Shown: piece by piece, positions 1 to 7,777 of the stretch
Position numbering within the stretch: the stretch's first letter is position 1
Layout: the number at the start of each line of letters is the position of its first letter
IMG/VR virus record: IMGVR_UViG_3300037851_001505
Span: 1-38,381 of that record
Length of the DNA: 38,381 bases
Source: a virus
Lineage: Duplodnaviria > Caudoviricetes
Reading direction: 5' to 3' (one strand)
The notes under the pieces: model-generated
What the model was told of the DNA's origin: nothing
The model's database searches: none
The model's input: only the letters and a program-made list of their open reading frames with translations
Translations under genes and position numbers: made by a program

Positions 1-252
1 TCATTCAATGGGCTGAACAGTAATGATGATAAGCGTTGCGTTGGATTCTGGCTCATCGTATCCAATATCAAAACGCTCTGGGAGATGCGCTACATTGAGC
101 ACGGTCAATGGCTTGGTGATAGGTGGAATTTCTGGAACATAACGAAGCATCATTTGTTCGCCAATGCGCGGCGGGGTTGCATTGGTGAAGTAGGATGCAA
201 TGGACTCGCCATTTTTATCAACGATCCTAAATTGATAGTTGTATGCTGTCAT
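1..252 (-). CDS. Hypothetical protein co-transcribed with the repressor
   Basis: 83 aa ORF; its start overlaps the repressor stop (249-252). Confidence 0.6.
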   Translation of the reverse strand: MTAYNYQFRIVDKNGESIASYFTNATPPRIGEQMMLRYVPEIPPITKPLTVLNVAHLPERFDIGYDEPESNATLIIITVQPIE

Positions 253-614
253 TTGGCAGGCTTTGTTTGAGGGTGGGTCTTTCGATATTCTCGGTTGAGA
301 TGTTCGAGTAAGGATATTGCAATTTCTACCTCTGAATCGGGAAGGTCTTTAGCAAGATGAGCCAGTTTGCGTTTAACGGGGGATAGTTCTGGGTTGGGTG
401 GAAGGAAACCTGCTTTTTCAAAAACAAGGTCGGCTGGATAATTTAAGGCTTTAGCGATTGAAGATAATCCTTTTTCTCCAATCCATCGTTCTCCATTGAG
501 AAGCCTCGTTACCTGAGCAGGAGAGATTTTGCTTTGGCGCGAAAATTCGGCAGGCGACCAGCCCCGCATAAGTATTTCTTTTTTGAGCCAAGTGATAAAT
601 TCTTCTTTTGTCAT
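249..614 (-). CDS. XRE/CI-like HTH repressor
   Basis: N-terminal HTH (WSPAEFSRQSKISPAQVTRLLNGER...IAKAL); divergent from the early operon. Confidence 0.85.
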   Translation of the reverse strand: MTKEEFITWLKKEILMRGWSPAEFSRQSKISPAQVTRLLNGERWIGEKGLSSIAKALNYPADLVFEKAGFLPPNPELSPVKRKLAHLAKDLPDSEVEIAISLLEHLNREYRKTHPQTKPAK

Positions 615-712
615 AAGTCAATGAAATATTACTTATTTGGCAATTGATTGTGGGGGCTAATAAATTGCCTCTTGACAAAATGTACATTTCGCCTAAAATT
701 GACTATAGGCAA
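608..712. promoter_or_regulatory. Immunity region: three 14-bp dyad operators and a rightward sigma70-type promoter
   Basis: TTGTCATAAGTCAA (608-621), TTGCCTCTTGACAA (665-678) and TTGACTATAGGCAA (699-712) fit TTGnC-N4-GnCAA. TTGACA 672-677 / 16 bp / TAAAAT 694-699. Confidence 0.75.
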
Positions 713-746
713 TAAAATAGTGTTTGTGATCAAAGGAGAGCGCGAG

Positions 747-1019
747 ATGGAAGAAAGCAAATTCGAGAAGATTTCGGTGAAGGCAGAGACCAAGCGGCGC
801 GTGAAAGTGACCGCCGCGCTGAGCGGGGCAAAAGATTACCAAGTGACCGACGCGGCGGTGCGTCTGTTCTGCGACCTGCGCGATGCAGGGACGATTGAAA
901 AGTTGGGGGTCCTTGAGGCGGCAATTGACATTGACCCGAAGACGCTGATCACCCAGCTGGTGGATAGGGAATTCAAGAAGCTGGGCAAGACCGTTGTGCA
1001 ATCTATTCGGAACGGATGA
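747..1019 (+). CDS. Small DNA-binding protein in the Cro position (ribbon-helix-helix-like)
   Basis: AAAGGAG RBS before ATG 747; pattern KISVKAETKRRVKVTAALSG..YQVTDAAV; first gene of the rightward operon. Confidence 0.6.
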   Translation: MEESKFEKISVKAETKRRVKVTAALSGAKDYQVTDAAVRLFCDLRDAGTIEKLGVLEAAIDIDPKTLITQLVDREFKKLGKTVVQSIRNG

Positions 1020-1225
1020 GGCTGGAATGTCGCATCACTTTCAAAACTGCGGAAATGAGCGCGTCGGAGGAAATGCTCCTTCGTGCGATCTTCGAACGTT
1101 GGATTCGGGAATGGCTCTCAGAGAACGCCCCCATCCGCGACCCTTCCTCCCATGCGGGAGGAAGGGAGGACGAGGCGCTGGACGGGCGCGATGTCATAGT
1201 AATGCAAGTTTATGCAGTTGTGTGA
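1016..1225 (+). CDS. Hypothetical protein containing an in-frame palindrome
   Basis: ATGA overlap with the previous gene; 69 aa. Confidence 0.5.
   Translation: MRLECRITFKTAEMSASEEMLLRAIFERWIREWLSENAPIRDPSSHAGGREDEALDGRDVIVMQVYAVV
1128..1168. repeat. REP-like palindrome
   Basis: Perfect stem CCCTTCCTCCC (1141-1151) / ATGC / GGGAGGAAGGG (1156-1166). Confidence 0.65.
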
Positions 1226-1237
1226 GTTTTCCCCTAC

Positions 1238-1294
1238 GGAGCGATTAGGCGTTGGGCGCGTTGATTGGTGAGGGTTCGAATCCCAATCGCTCCA
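1238..1294 (+). ncRNA. tRNA-like remnant (acceptor stem plus T-loop; no D or anticodon arm)
   Basis: GGAGCGATT (1238-1246) pairs with AATCGCTCC (1285-1293), followed by A; GGGTTCGAATCCC T-arm at 1272-1284; only 57 nt. Confidence 0.4.
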
Positions 1295-1434
1295 CTGAGC
1301 CGCATGAAACGCGCGGGTCAAACTTCCTCCCCTAAGCCCTGATCGGCGCGCAAGCGTCGGTCAGGGTGAGGGAGAGGATGGGCAGAGACAAAGCTTTGCC
1401 GCAACAACAAATTTTTTTGGAGAGGAAGGTTCAG

Positions 1435-2412
1435 ATGCAACAACTAGATTTGAGTCAAGTAAGAGTAGCGCCAACACTGCACTGGTCAGAGGATTTTGCA
1501 TTGTGGTTGCATGAGCATGATCGCATGCCGAAGACGATCTCTGCGTACCTGCAAGATGTGCGCCACTTTGGCAAGTTCTTTGAGCGCGTCAATACCCCCC
1601 TAGGGGAAGCACACATGCGGGGAGTTAAGTTCAGCCCCGATCAACTCAATGCCACTGACATCAAGGCGTACTTCGCCGGGCAAGATGCAGACAAGTCCGT
1701 TGCGCCGACGAGCCGGAACCGGCGGCTTGCATCGTTGCGGGTGCTGGTCGAGTGGGCAGTGGAGCGCGGCATCCTTGAGTATGACCCAACCGTGTGCATC
1801 AAGCGGGTGGCAGTGGAGTTGGCTCCACGCGACCGCTCGGTGGATGAAATGGTCAAACTCGAAGGCGCGGTGTTGTCGCGGAGTCACATCCGGGGCAAGA
1901 CTGCCCGGCACGATTTGCTCGGCTTACGGGACGAGGTGATCTGGACTCTGTTTGCGGAGGCGGGATTGCGGATCCACGAAATCGCCGGATTGGACATCAC
2001 CGACATCGACATCACCGGAAGCGAGATCAACGTGCTGGGGAAGGGTGCGAAGAAAGCGAAGGTGATCATCGCGTCTGCATTGGTGAGTGTGTTGCAGGGA
2101 TGGATGGCGCAGATGCCAATGTCGTTGGATGGGGCATTGATCACCGATTGGAATGGGAAGCGAATTTCGACCGGACAGATTCGGAGGCGATTGTATTTGA
2201 TCGGCGAAGCGGCAGGGGTGGACGTGAAGCCGCACGACTTGAGGCACACCTACGTTTATCGATTGCTGGACACGATGCTCGAGCAGGGCAAGCACATGCC
2301 AGTGGCGTTGGATGCGGCTCGCAAGCAGGCGCGGCATGGCGACGTGAAGACGACGATGATGTATCTGCGATCGCGCGAGAGCCAGATCCGCGCGGCGGTG
2401 GAGGCGATGTGA
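1435..2412 (+). CDS. Tyrosine recombinase, XerC/D-like
   Basis: N-terminal SAM-like domain (KTISAYLQDVRHF; SRNRRLASLR). Catalytic R (GLRIHE), K (GKGAK), HDLRH, H (ARHG), Y (TTMMY). ATG 1435 follows GGAGAGGAAGG. Confidence 0.92.
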   Translation: MQQLDLSQVRVAPTLHWSEDFALWLHEHDRMPKTISAYLQDVRHFGKFFERVNTPLGEAHMRGVKFSPDQLNATDIKAYFAGQDADKSVAPTSRNRRLASLRVLVEWAVERGILEYDPTVCIKRVAVELAPRDRSVDEMVKLEGAVLSRSHIRGKTARHDLLGLRDEVIWTLFAEAGLRIHEIAGLDITDIDITGSEINVLGKGAKKAKVIIASALVSVLQGWMAQMPMSLDGALITDWNGKRISTGQIRRRLYLIGEAAGVDVKPHDLRHTYVYRLLDTMLEQGKHMPVALDAARKQARHGDVKTTMMYLRSRESQIRAAVEAM

Positions 2413-2516
2413 TGAATGCCGAGAAGGGGCAGGGACTGCTCGAGTTCGCATTGTTGCTGGCACTGCTCGTGTATGTGCTTTACACGATTGTCCGGTATTT
2501 GGTTCTAGTGAATTGA
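2412..2516 (+). CDS. 34-aa Flp/TadE prepilin-like membrane peptide
   Basis: MNAEKG|QGLLEFALLLALLVYVLYTIVRYLVLVN; start coupled to the recombinase stop (TGATG). Confidence 0.6.
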   Translation: MNAEKGQGLLEFALLLALLVYVLYTIVRYLVLVN

Positions 2517-2534
2517 TGAATTGGAGGTGCGGCG

Positions 2535-2687
2535 ATGAAACAGAAGTGCGCACGGTGCATGACAGAGATTGTGTATTTCACGCTGGTCTTGTGGATAGGT
2601 CCCAACGGCTTCCGGCGCTATCCGATGTGCGACAAGTGCAAGGATAAGACCAAGAAGGAACAAGTTCAAAAGGAGAAGAAGGCATGA
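2535..2687 (+). CDS. 50-aa CxxC..CxxC zinc-finger protein
   Basis: Hand-translated MKQKCARC...YPMCDKCKDK; GGAGG RBS; ATGA overlap with the next gene. Confidence 0.65.
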   Translation: MKQKCARCMTEIVYFTLVLWIGPNGFRRYPMCDKCKDKTKKEQVQKEKKA

Positions 2688-3136
2688 CAACTGCGATAAC
2701 GCAAGAGGATGTCGAACGACTCAAGACAGGGTGGAGCAAAGACCCCTGCTGGGATGTTGAAGAGACTGAAGGCTTTGAAGAATTCAAGGAAGAGTTGCTC
2801 GCTTGGCGCAAAGAACAGGAAGCGATTGCCGAGGAGCGTTACCTTGATCTTCAGGCGAAGCGCATCAAGAAGGTAGTGAATGAGACCGGGTGCGATGAAG
2901 AAGTTGCCCTGGCTCTCTCCACTTTTGGCGAGATTGATTTCGAGATCACACGCGCTGATGAAGAAGGCGGCAACAAAGCGCAGATTGCTCACGCGAAAGC
3001 GACTCTGCTTCTTGCGGCGCAGGTCAAGCGTGTGGCAGATGTTCTCGAAGCGATCAACGAACGCGAAGACAGCAACGACAGCCGCCTGTTGCTCGATGAG
3101 AAGAGCGTCCGCATTTGGGGAACGGGCGGTAAGTAG
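2684..3136 (+). CDS. Hypothetical phage protein
   Basis: 150 aa, AAGGAG RBS, acidic helical protein with WSKDPCWDVEETEGFEE. Confidence 0.75.
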   Translation: MTTAITQEDVERLKTGWSKDPCWDVEETEGFEEFKEELLAWRKEQEAIAEERYLDLQAKRIKKVVNETGCDEEVALALSTFGEIDFEITRADEEGGNKAQIAHAKATLLLAAQVKRVADVLEAINEREDSNDSRLLLDEKSVRIWGTGGK

Positions 3137-3178
3137 TGAGCGCGGGAATCTTCCTGCTACTGCGGAAGGAAGGTCGCG

Positions 3179-3499
3179 ATGAATGAAACGACGCTGATTG
3201 TGATTGTCGCCCTGGCGCAATTTGGGTTGCACTATTTTCCGTGGAAGCTGTGGTGCAACGGCAAAGAACTGCCGCGCCCGATTGCGTACGCGTTCGGCGT
3301 GGTGGGGTTGATGGTCCCGTTCACGGCATGGCTCATCGAGCAGAGCGAGATGTCCACAGCGTGGATGTTGTGGAAGGTAATCGTCGCAGGCGGAATGATG
3401 GTGCTGGCTCTGTATGGTCTTGACCACTATCGTTTGCTGATGTGGAAAGACAGAGAGGCAACTGAGCGCGAAGCGTTGAGGGATGGCGATGGCTCGTAA
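3179..3499 (+). CDS. Hypothetical membrane protein
   Basis: Three hydrophobic segments; purine-rich RBS. Confidence 0.65.
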   Translation: MNETTLIVIVALAQFGLHYFPWKLWCNGKELPRPIAYAFGVVGLMVPFTAWLIEQSEMSTAWMLWKVIVAGGMMVLALYGLDHYRLLMWKDREATEREALRDGDGS

Positions 3500-3731
3500 A
3501 GCGAAAGGCACAGGGAAGATCCGCGCACAGATGGAAGCGTCGTTGTTGTCGATGGCAGACATCAACGAATGCCTGCCGCTGATGCGCCTGCGAATTGAGC
3601 AGGCGATCCGTCGCGCTGGGCTGGGCGAGCTGTTGTCCCCGGCGTTGGATGACATCAAGCGCATGCAGATCGACGTGGCTGATGCACAGTCACAGGTGCG
3701 CACAGCCATCACGCAGTTGGTTGGTGAGTGA
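3483..3731 (+). CDS. Hypothetical protein
   Basis: 82 aa; overlaps the previous gene in operon fashion. Confidence 0.6.
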   Translation: MAMARKAKGTGKIRAQMEASLLSMADINECLPLMRLRIEQAIRRAGLGELLSPALDDIKRMQIDVADAQSQVRTAITQLVGE

Positions 3732-3838
3732 TGCGCGCGCTTAGGTTTGTATGCAGTAGCAGGAAAGATCGCGATCTTCCTGCGAAACGGGGCGCGGGCG
3801 CGGGTGTCCACAAAAACGCGGTGGATGGGCGGATAAGT

Positions 3839-3867
3839 ATGCAACATAACGTGGGGTTATGTTGCAT
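3839..3867. other. dif-like tyrosine-recombinase site (11-7-11 dyad)
   Basis: ATGCAACATAA-CGTGGGG-TTATGTTGCAT: perfect inverted arms with an asymmetric spacer; arm resembles the XerD arm TTATGTTAAAT. Confidence 0.6.
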
Positions 3868-3972
3868 GAATGGCAAGGGGGGGAGGGGTCTTCGGGGTTT
3901 TGTCCGAGCGACCCAGGGGGGCGGGGTGGAGGCACCGCAACCATTCCTACAAAATTCCTAAAAACGGGTTGA

Positions 3973-3992
3973 GAAACTTTCCGGAAAGTTTC
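3973..3992. repeat. Perfect 20-bp palindrome GAAACTTTCCGGAAAGTTTC upstream of the primase
   Basis: Read directly; half-site GAAAGTTTC recurs four times at 10754-10813. Confidence 0.8.
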
Positions 3993-4039
3993 GGAAAGAC
4001 AGAGCAAGTTTCTGAAAAATTCGAAGGACGGACGGGCGC

Positions 4040-7000
4040 ATGGATAACATCATTGAAGAGATCAAGGAACGGGTCAGGATCGAAGACCTGATCGAGGAGA
4101 GCGGCATCCCATTGGAGCGTCGGCATGGTCGCTATTTGCGATCAAGCGCGGGACGCGGACAGGGCTTGCACGGTCTGGTGATTGATACCTACAACAACAC
4201 GTATCACTTCAACGGGCAGGATGAGCACGGCGACGTTTTCAACTGGGTGATGAACCGGATGTACAAGGGCTGGGACTTCAAGGCGGCTCTTGAATTCTTG
4301 GCGAAGCGGATCGGGCTGGCTCTGCCTGATTACGGTGAGAAGAACATGCAAGCGCGGCTGGCAGTTCGGGCGCAGGAAGATGCGTTTCAGGTTGCGGCGC
4401 GAGTCTTTCACAAATGGTTGCTGAATAATGAAGCGGCGTTGACCTATGTGCGCGGGCGCGGGTTCAGTGATGAGACCATCGTCAGAGCGAAGATGGGATT
4501 TTCTGGGAGCGGTTCTGCTACTGACTTCAAAGAGATGGCGGCGGAATTTGCCTTGTACGGCGTTGACCCGACGAGCGCGGCGGCGGTGGCGATCACCGGA
4601 CTGCACCCTGCGAATAAGGCTGAAGGGGTGAGCGCATGGTGTCAGGCGCATGGCATTGAGCCGGATGGCGAGTGGTTGGATTGGGGGATGATACCGGGGA
4701 TGATGAGCAAGCGGACACCGCGGCTCGTTTATGCATCCCAGCTGGCAGGTCGGGTGATCTATTTGTTCGGGCGCAATCTCAAGATTCAAGCTGGCGGCGA
4801 AGTTGTCGGGAGCGATGATCCAAAATCGTATAACTTGAACAGCCGGTTGATCGGTTCGCGCAAGTTGTACTTCAATCCGCTGTATGGTCGGCGCGTTGAG
4901 GATGTTGTGCTGGTCGAGGGTCCCGCAGATGCGGAGACTCTGGGGCAATGGGGCATCGCGGCAATTGCCAACGGCGGAACAGCATGGAAAGACCATGAAG
5001 ATTTTTTGAAGGAACTACCGAAGCACCGCGATGAGCATGGACATGATCACGGTCATGATGCGATCTATCTTGGCGCGGATGCAGATGATGCCGGGCAAAA
5101 GGTGATCCTTGGGCGCGACGGCGAATTTCCATTGGCGGATGTTTTGGGACCGATGGTGCGCGTGTTGCGTTGGAAGGCAAAGGATGCAAACGACTGGCTC
5201 AAGGAGATGGTGAAGGAGGGTGTGACGGCGGAAGAGCAAGCCGAGCGGGTGCGCGAGCAGTTGGACAGAGCCAACCCGATCGTGGTGGAGATGGCGAAAC
5301 ATGCGGGACTGCTACCTGCTAAAAGCCAGAAGGCGATGAAGGCGGCGAAGCGCGCGGCGCAGGTGATCGCGCGGTTGGATAAGCGCGAGTTGAGCATCCT
5401 GCGCAAGGACATGGCTACTGCTATGTTCCCGGGTGCGAGCGATGCGTTGAGGCAGTTCAATAACTTGATCGGCGAGGAGCGCAAGGAAGCGAAAGAGGAA
5501 GATAAGCCGGATGTGATCGTTGAGATGCTGGGCGGATGGATGGCTCAGAAAGATGGCAAGGGCTGGTTGATTGAGTACACGTACGAGCCGGTTGAAAAGA
5601 AGGCGATGTTTGCTTTCCGCGATCCGGATGGTCGCATTGGGACGGCAAACTTCCTCGACATCGATGGGACGCGTTATTACCCGAAGACGCCGAATGCGCT
5701 GGTGATCGATGAAGGTATTTTGTTTCCAGCGGCATTGGGGAAAGAGAAGAGCACACGCGAGCTGGTGGCAATCGTCGAGTTGTTCATCGCGCGATATTTC
5801 CTGCTCGACAACAAGTTTGATTATCGCCTGGCGGCGTACTACGTTTTGCTGACTTGGCTGTATGACGCATTCGGCGCGTTGCCTTATTTGAGAGCGCAGG
5901 GCGATTATGGATCGGGCAAGTCGGAGTTGATGTTGCGCATTGGGCATGTGTGCTATCGGATGATGAAGACGAGCGGCGCAGGCTCCAGCTCGTCGCTGTT
6001 CCGCGCATTGCATGAGTATAGAGGCACAGCGTTTATGGATGAGATGGACTTGAGCCGAGGCGGGGATATGACGGACGACATCGTGAAGATTTTGAACATG
6101 GGCGCGATGAAGAGTCAGGCGAACATCTGGCGCACGAGCGAAGTGATGACCGCGAAAGGGACGCGTGATTTTGAGACGATCAGTTATTCGGTATATGGTC
6201 CCAAGCTGATCACGATGCGCGGGAAGTTTCACGACCAAGCGACGGAGAGCCGGTGCTTGACGTTCCGATTGATGGCGAAAGAAGCGATCGAGTTGAAACG
6301 CAAGGGCATCCCGTTGTTATTGAATCGTTCGTTCTACGATGAGGCGCGGGAGATTCGCAACCTGCTGTTGCATTGGCGGCTGAAGCGGTGGCAACCGGAA
6401 ATTCCGGCAACGGAAGATTTGATGGACTTGAGCGTGCCTGCGCGTTTGAATCAAGTGACGATGCCGCTGAAAGCGATCGCGCAGGACGATCCGGAATTGA
6501 TGAACGACATCGTGAAATTCGTCCGCGCATTGAACAACGAGTTGATCCTTGACCGATCGATGAAGCTGGATGCGCGTGTGATGGATGCGGTGGTGGCGAT
6601 CCTCGAGGACAAGCGGTATGCGCATCTGCTCTTTGAAGGGGAGGTGAATGGATACGGAGTCGTGAAGTATTCGTACACGCGGCACATTGCCGATGTGACG
6701 AATGCGCTCATAGACGAAATGAACATGAGCGACGAGAGAGACGACAAGGATGATGACAAGCGCCACAAAAAGAAAAAGGAAATCACCACCCAGACGGTGA
6801 GCGGCATTTGCCGCGAGACGTTGCAGTTCCACAGCCACCGACTCGGGAAGGGCTATGTAATCATCTTTGATACTGATCGTTTGGATACGCTGAAACTGCG
6901 GTATGGGCTGAATAAGGCGGGCGCTACGCCAGCGATGGCGGGGAATCCTGCTCAGGCGGTCTATCAGCCCGCGTTTGGCGAGGCGGAATCCGATGTCGAT

Positions 7001-7042
7001 GAACCGATGAACCCCGATGAACCTGATTCGGAGGGTGTATGA
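4040..7042 (+). CDS. DnaG-like primase fused to a C-terminal P-loop ATPase/helicase-like domain
   Basis: DnaG-type N-terminus (IIEEIKERVRIEDLI; HGDVFNWV; FKAALEFLA; YVRGRG). TOPRIM (VEGPAD, DADDAG, KDANDW). Walker A GDYGSGKS, Walker B FMDE. Confidence 0.85.
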   Translation: MDNIIEEIKERVRIEDLIEESGIPLERRHGRYLRSSAGRGQGLHGLVIDTYNNTYHFNGQDEHGDVFNWVMNRMYKGWDFKAALEFLAKRIGLALPDYGEKNMQARLAVRAQEDAFQVAARVFHKWLLNNEAALTYVRGRGFSDETIVRAKMGFSGSGSATDFKEMAAEFALYGVDPTSAAAVAITGLHPANKAEGVSAWCQAHGIEPDGEWLDWGMIPGMMSKRTPRLVYASQLAGRVIYLFGRNLKIQAGGEVVGSDDPKSYNLNSRLIGSRKLYFNPLYGRRVEDVVLVEGPADAETLGQWGIAAIANGGTAWKDHEDFLKELPKHRDEHGHDHGHDAIYLGADADDAGQKVILGRDGEFPLADVLGPMVRVLRWKAKDANDWLKEMVKEGVTAEEQAERVREQLDRANPIVVEMAKHAGLLPAKSQKAMKAAKRAAQVIARLDKRELSILRKDMATAMFPGASDALRQFNNLIGEERKEAKEEDKPDVIVEMLGGWMAQKDGKGWLIEYTYEPVEKKAMFAFRDPDGRIGTANFLDIDGTRYYPKTPNALVIDEGILFPAALGKEKSTRELVAIVELFIARYFLLDNKFDYRLAAYYVLLTWLYDAFGALPYLRAQGDYGSGKSELMLRIGHVCYRMMKTSGAGSSSSLFRALHEYRGTAFMDEMDLSRGGDMTDDIVKILNMGAMKSQANIWRTSEVMTAKGTRDFETISYSVYGPKLITMRGKFHDQATESRCLTFRLMAKEAIELKRKGIPLLLNRSFYDEAREIRNLLLHWRLKRWQPEIPATEDLMDLSVPARLNQVTMPLKAIAQDDPELMNDIVKFVRALNNELILDRSMKLDARVMDAVVAILEDKRYAHLLFEGEVNGYGVVKYSYTRHIADVTNALIDEMNMSDERDDKDDDKRHKKKKEITTQTVSGICRETLQFHSHRLGKGYVIIFDTDRLDTLKLRYGLNKAGATPAMAGNPAQAVYQPAFGEAESDVDEPMNPDEPDSEGV

Positions 7043-7310
7043 AAAATTTGTTTTGTTTTCCTGAGACTTGGCAAAAACCAACAAAACAAATGTTTTTTGC
7101 AGGGTTCCAAACGGGTTCATCAGGGTTCATCGGGTTCATCCAAGTTATACGAAGCGCGAAAAGTGCAAAAACAGGTCGTTTTTTGAAGTTGTCGATGAAC
7201 CCGATGAACTTCGATGAACTTTGATGTGATTCTGGGCTTTGATTTGCCTTGTGAAAAAGGGCGATGAATTTGGAAAAAGAGCGAAGTTCATCAATGTTCA
7301 TCGGTTCATC
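6998..7310. repeat. Iteron-like array, putative replication origin
   Basis: GATGAAC at 6998, 7006, 7016 and 7194, 7203, 7213; inverse GTTCATC at 7115, 7125, 7134 and 7286, 7296, 7304; A/T tracts in between. Confidence 0.75.
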
Positions 7311-7335
7311 GTGAAATGCAAAAAAGGAGCAAAAA

Positions 7336-7776
7336 ATGGAGAAATACGGGTTGGCAGGTTTTATCTTTATTTTCGGGCTAATCGTTATTGCGGCGGTCGG
7401 GCTGGGGAATAGCGATCAGATCGCTCCGGCTGTGGCGCGGGCGCAGATCGGGATGGCGGTTGGCGAGCCAGCGGCGGAAGCGTTCACTGGCGGGGCGGCG
7501 CTCGTTGTCCGCTTGTTGATCGGCGGGGTGGCGGCGGGAGTCGCCAGCGCGGTGTTCGTCGAGGCGCGGAAGGGATATCGCTTGTGGAAGCGTCAGGCGC
7601 AGTCCGGGCGCGGATGGAAGAGTGGTCCCAACGCGCAGTGGCAGAAGCAACCATCACAGCCGCAGCTCTCGCGCCAAGACTTGATGCTGTTGGCATTGAG
7701 CGGGAAATACCCGATTGAAAAGTTGAACCGCAAGGTCAACGTGCAAACGGAAGATGACACAGAATTGGAGTTTTGA
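7336..7776 (+). CDS. Hypothetical membrane protein
   Basis: AAAGGAG RBS; two hydrophobic segments. Confidence 0.75.
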   Translation: MEKYGLAGFIFIFGLIVIAAVGLGNSDQIAPAVARAQIGMAVGEPAAEAFTGGAALVVRLLIGGVAAGVASAVFVEARKGYRLWKRQAQSGRGWKSGPNAQWQKQPSQPQLSRQDLMLLALSGKYPIEKLNRKVNVQTEDDTELEF

Positions 7777-7777
7777 G

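Noticed and set aside
1238-1294. Functional tRNA gene
   Set aside because: Too short, with no D arm or anticodon arm; kept only as a tRNA-like element.
1435-2412. Tyrosine recombinase as the integron integrase for the cassette array
   Set aside because: The segment before HDLRH is short, with no IntI-specific insertion, and the gene is about 10 kb from the attI-like site; it looks Xer-like.
2666-3847. 393-aa minus-strand ORF and similar antisense ORFs (4142-4996, 5312-6238, 28854-29921)
   Set aside because: They overlap well-supported plus-strand genes with RBSs and coupled stops/starts.
3728-4091. ORFs 3728-3961 and 3870-4091
   Set aside because: Low-complexity translations of a G-rich, palindrome-containing region that is better explained as non-coding.
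6998-7310. CRISPR array, or a real 61-aa ORF at 7039-7224
   Set aside because: Repeats are 7-mers in both orientations without unique spacers; the ORF is just the translated repeats.
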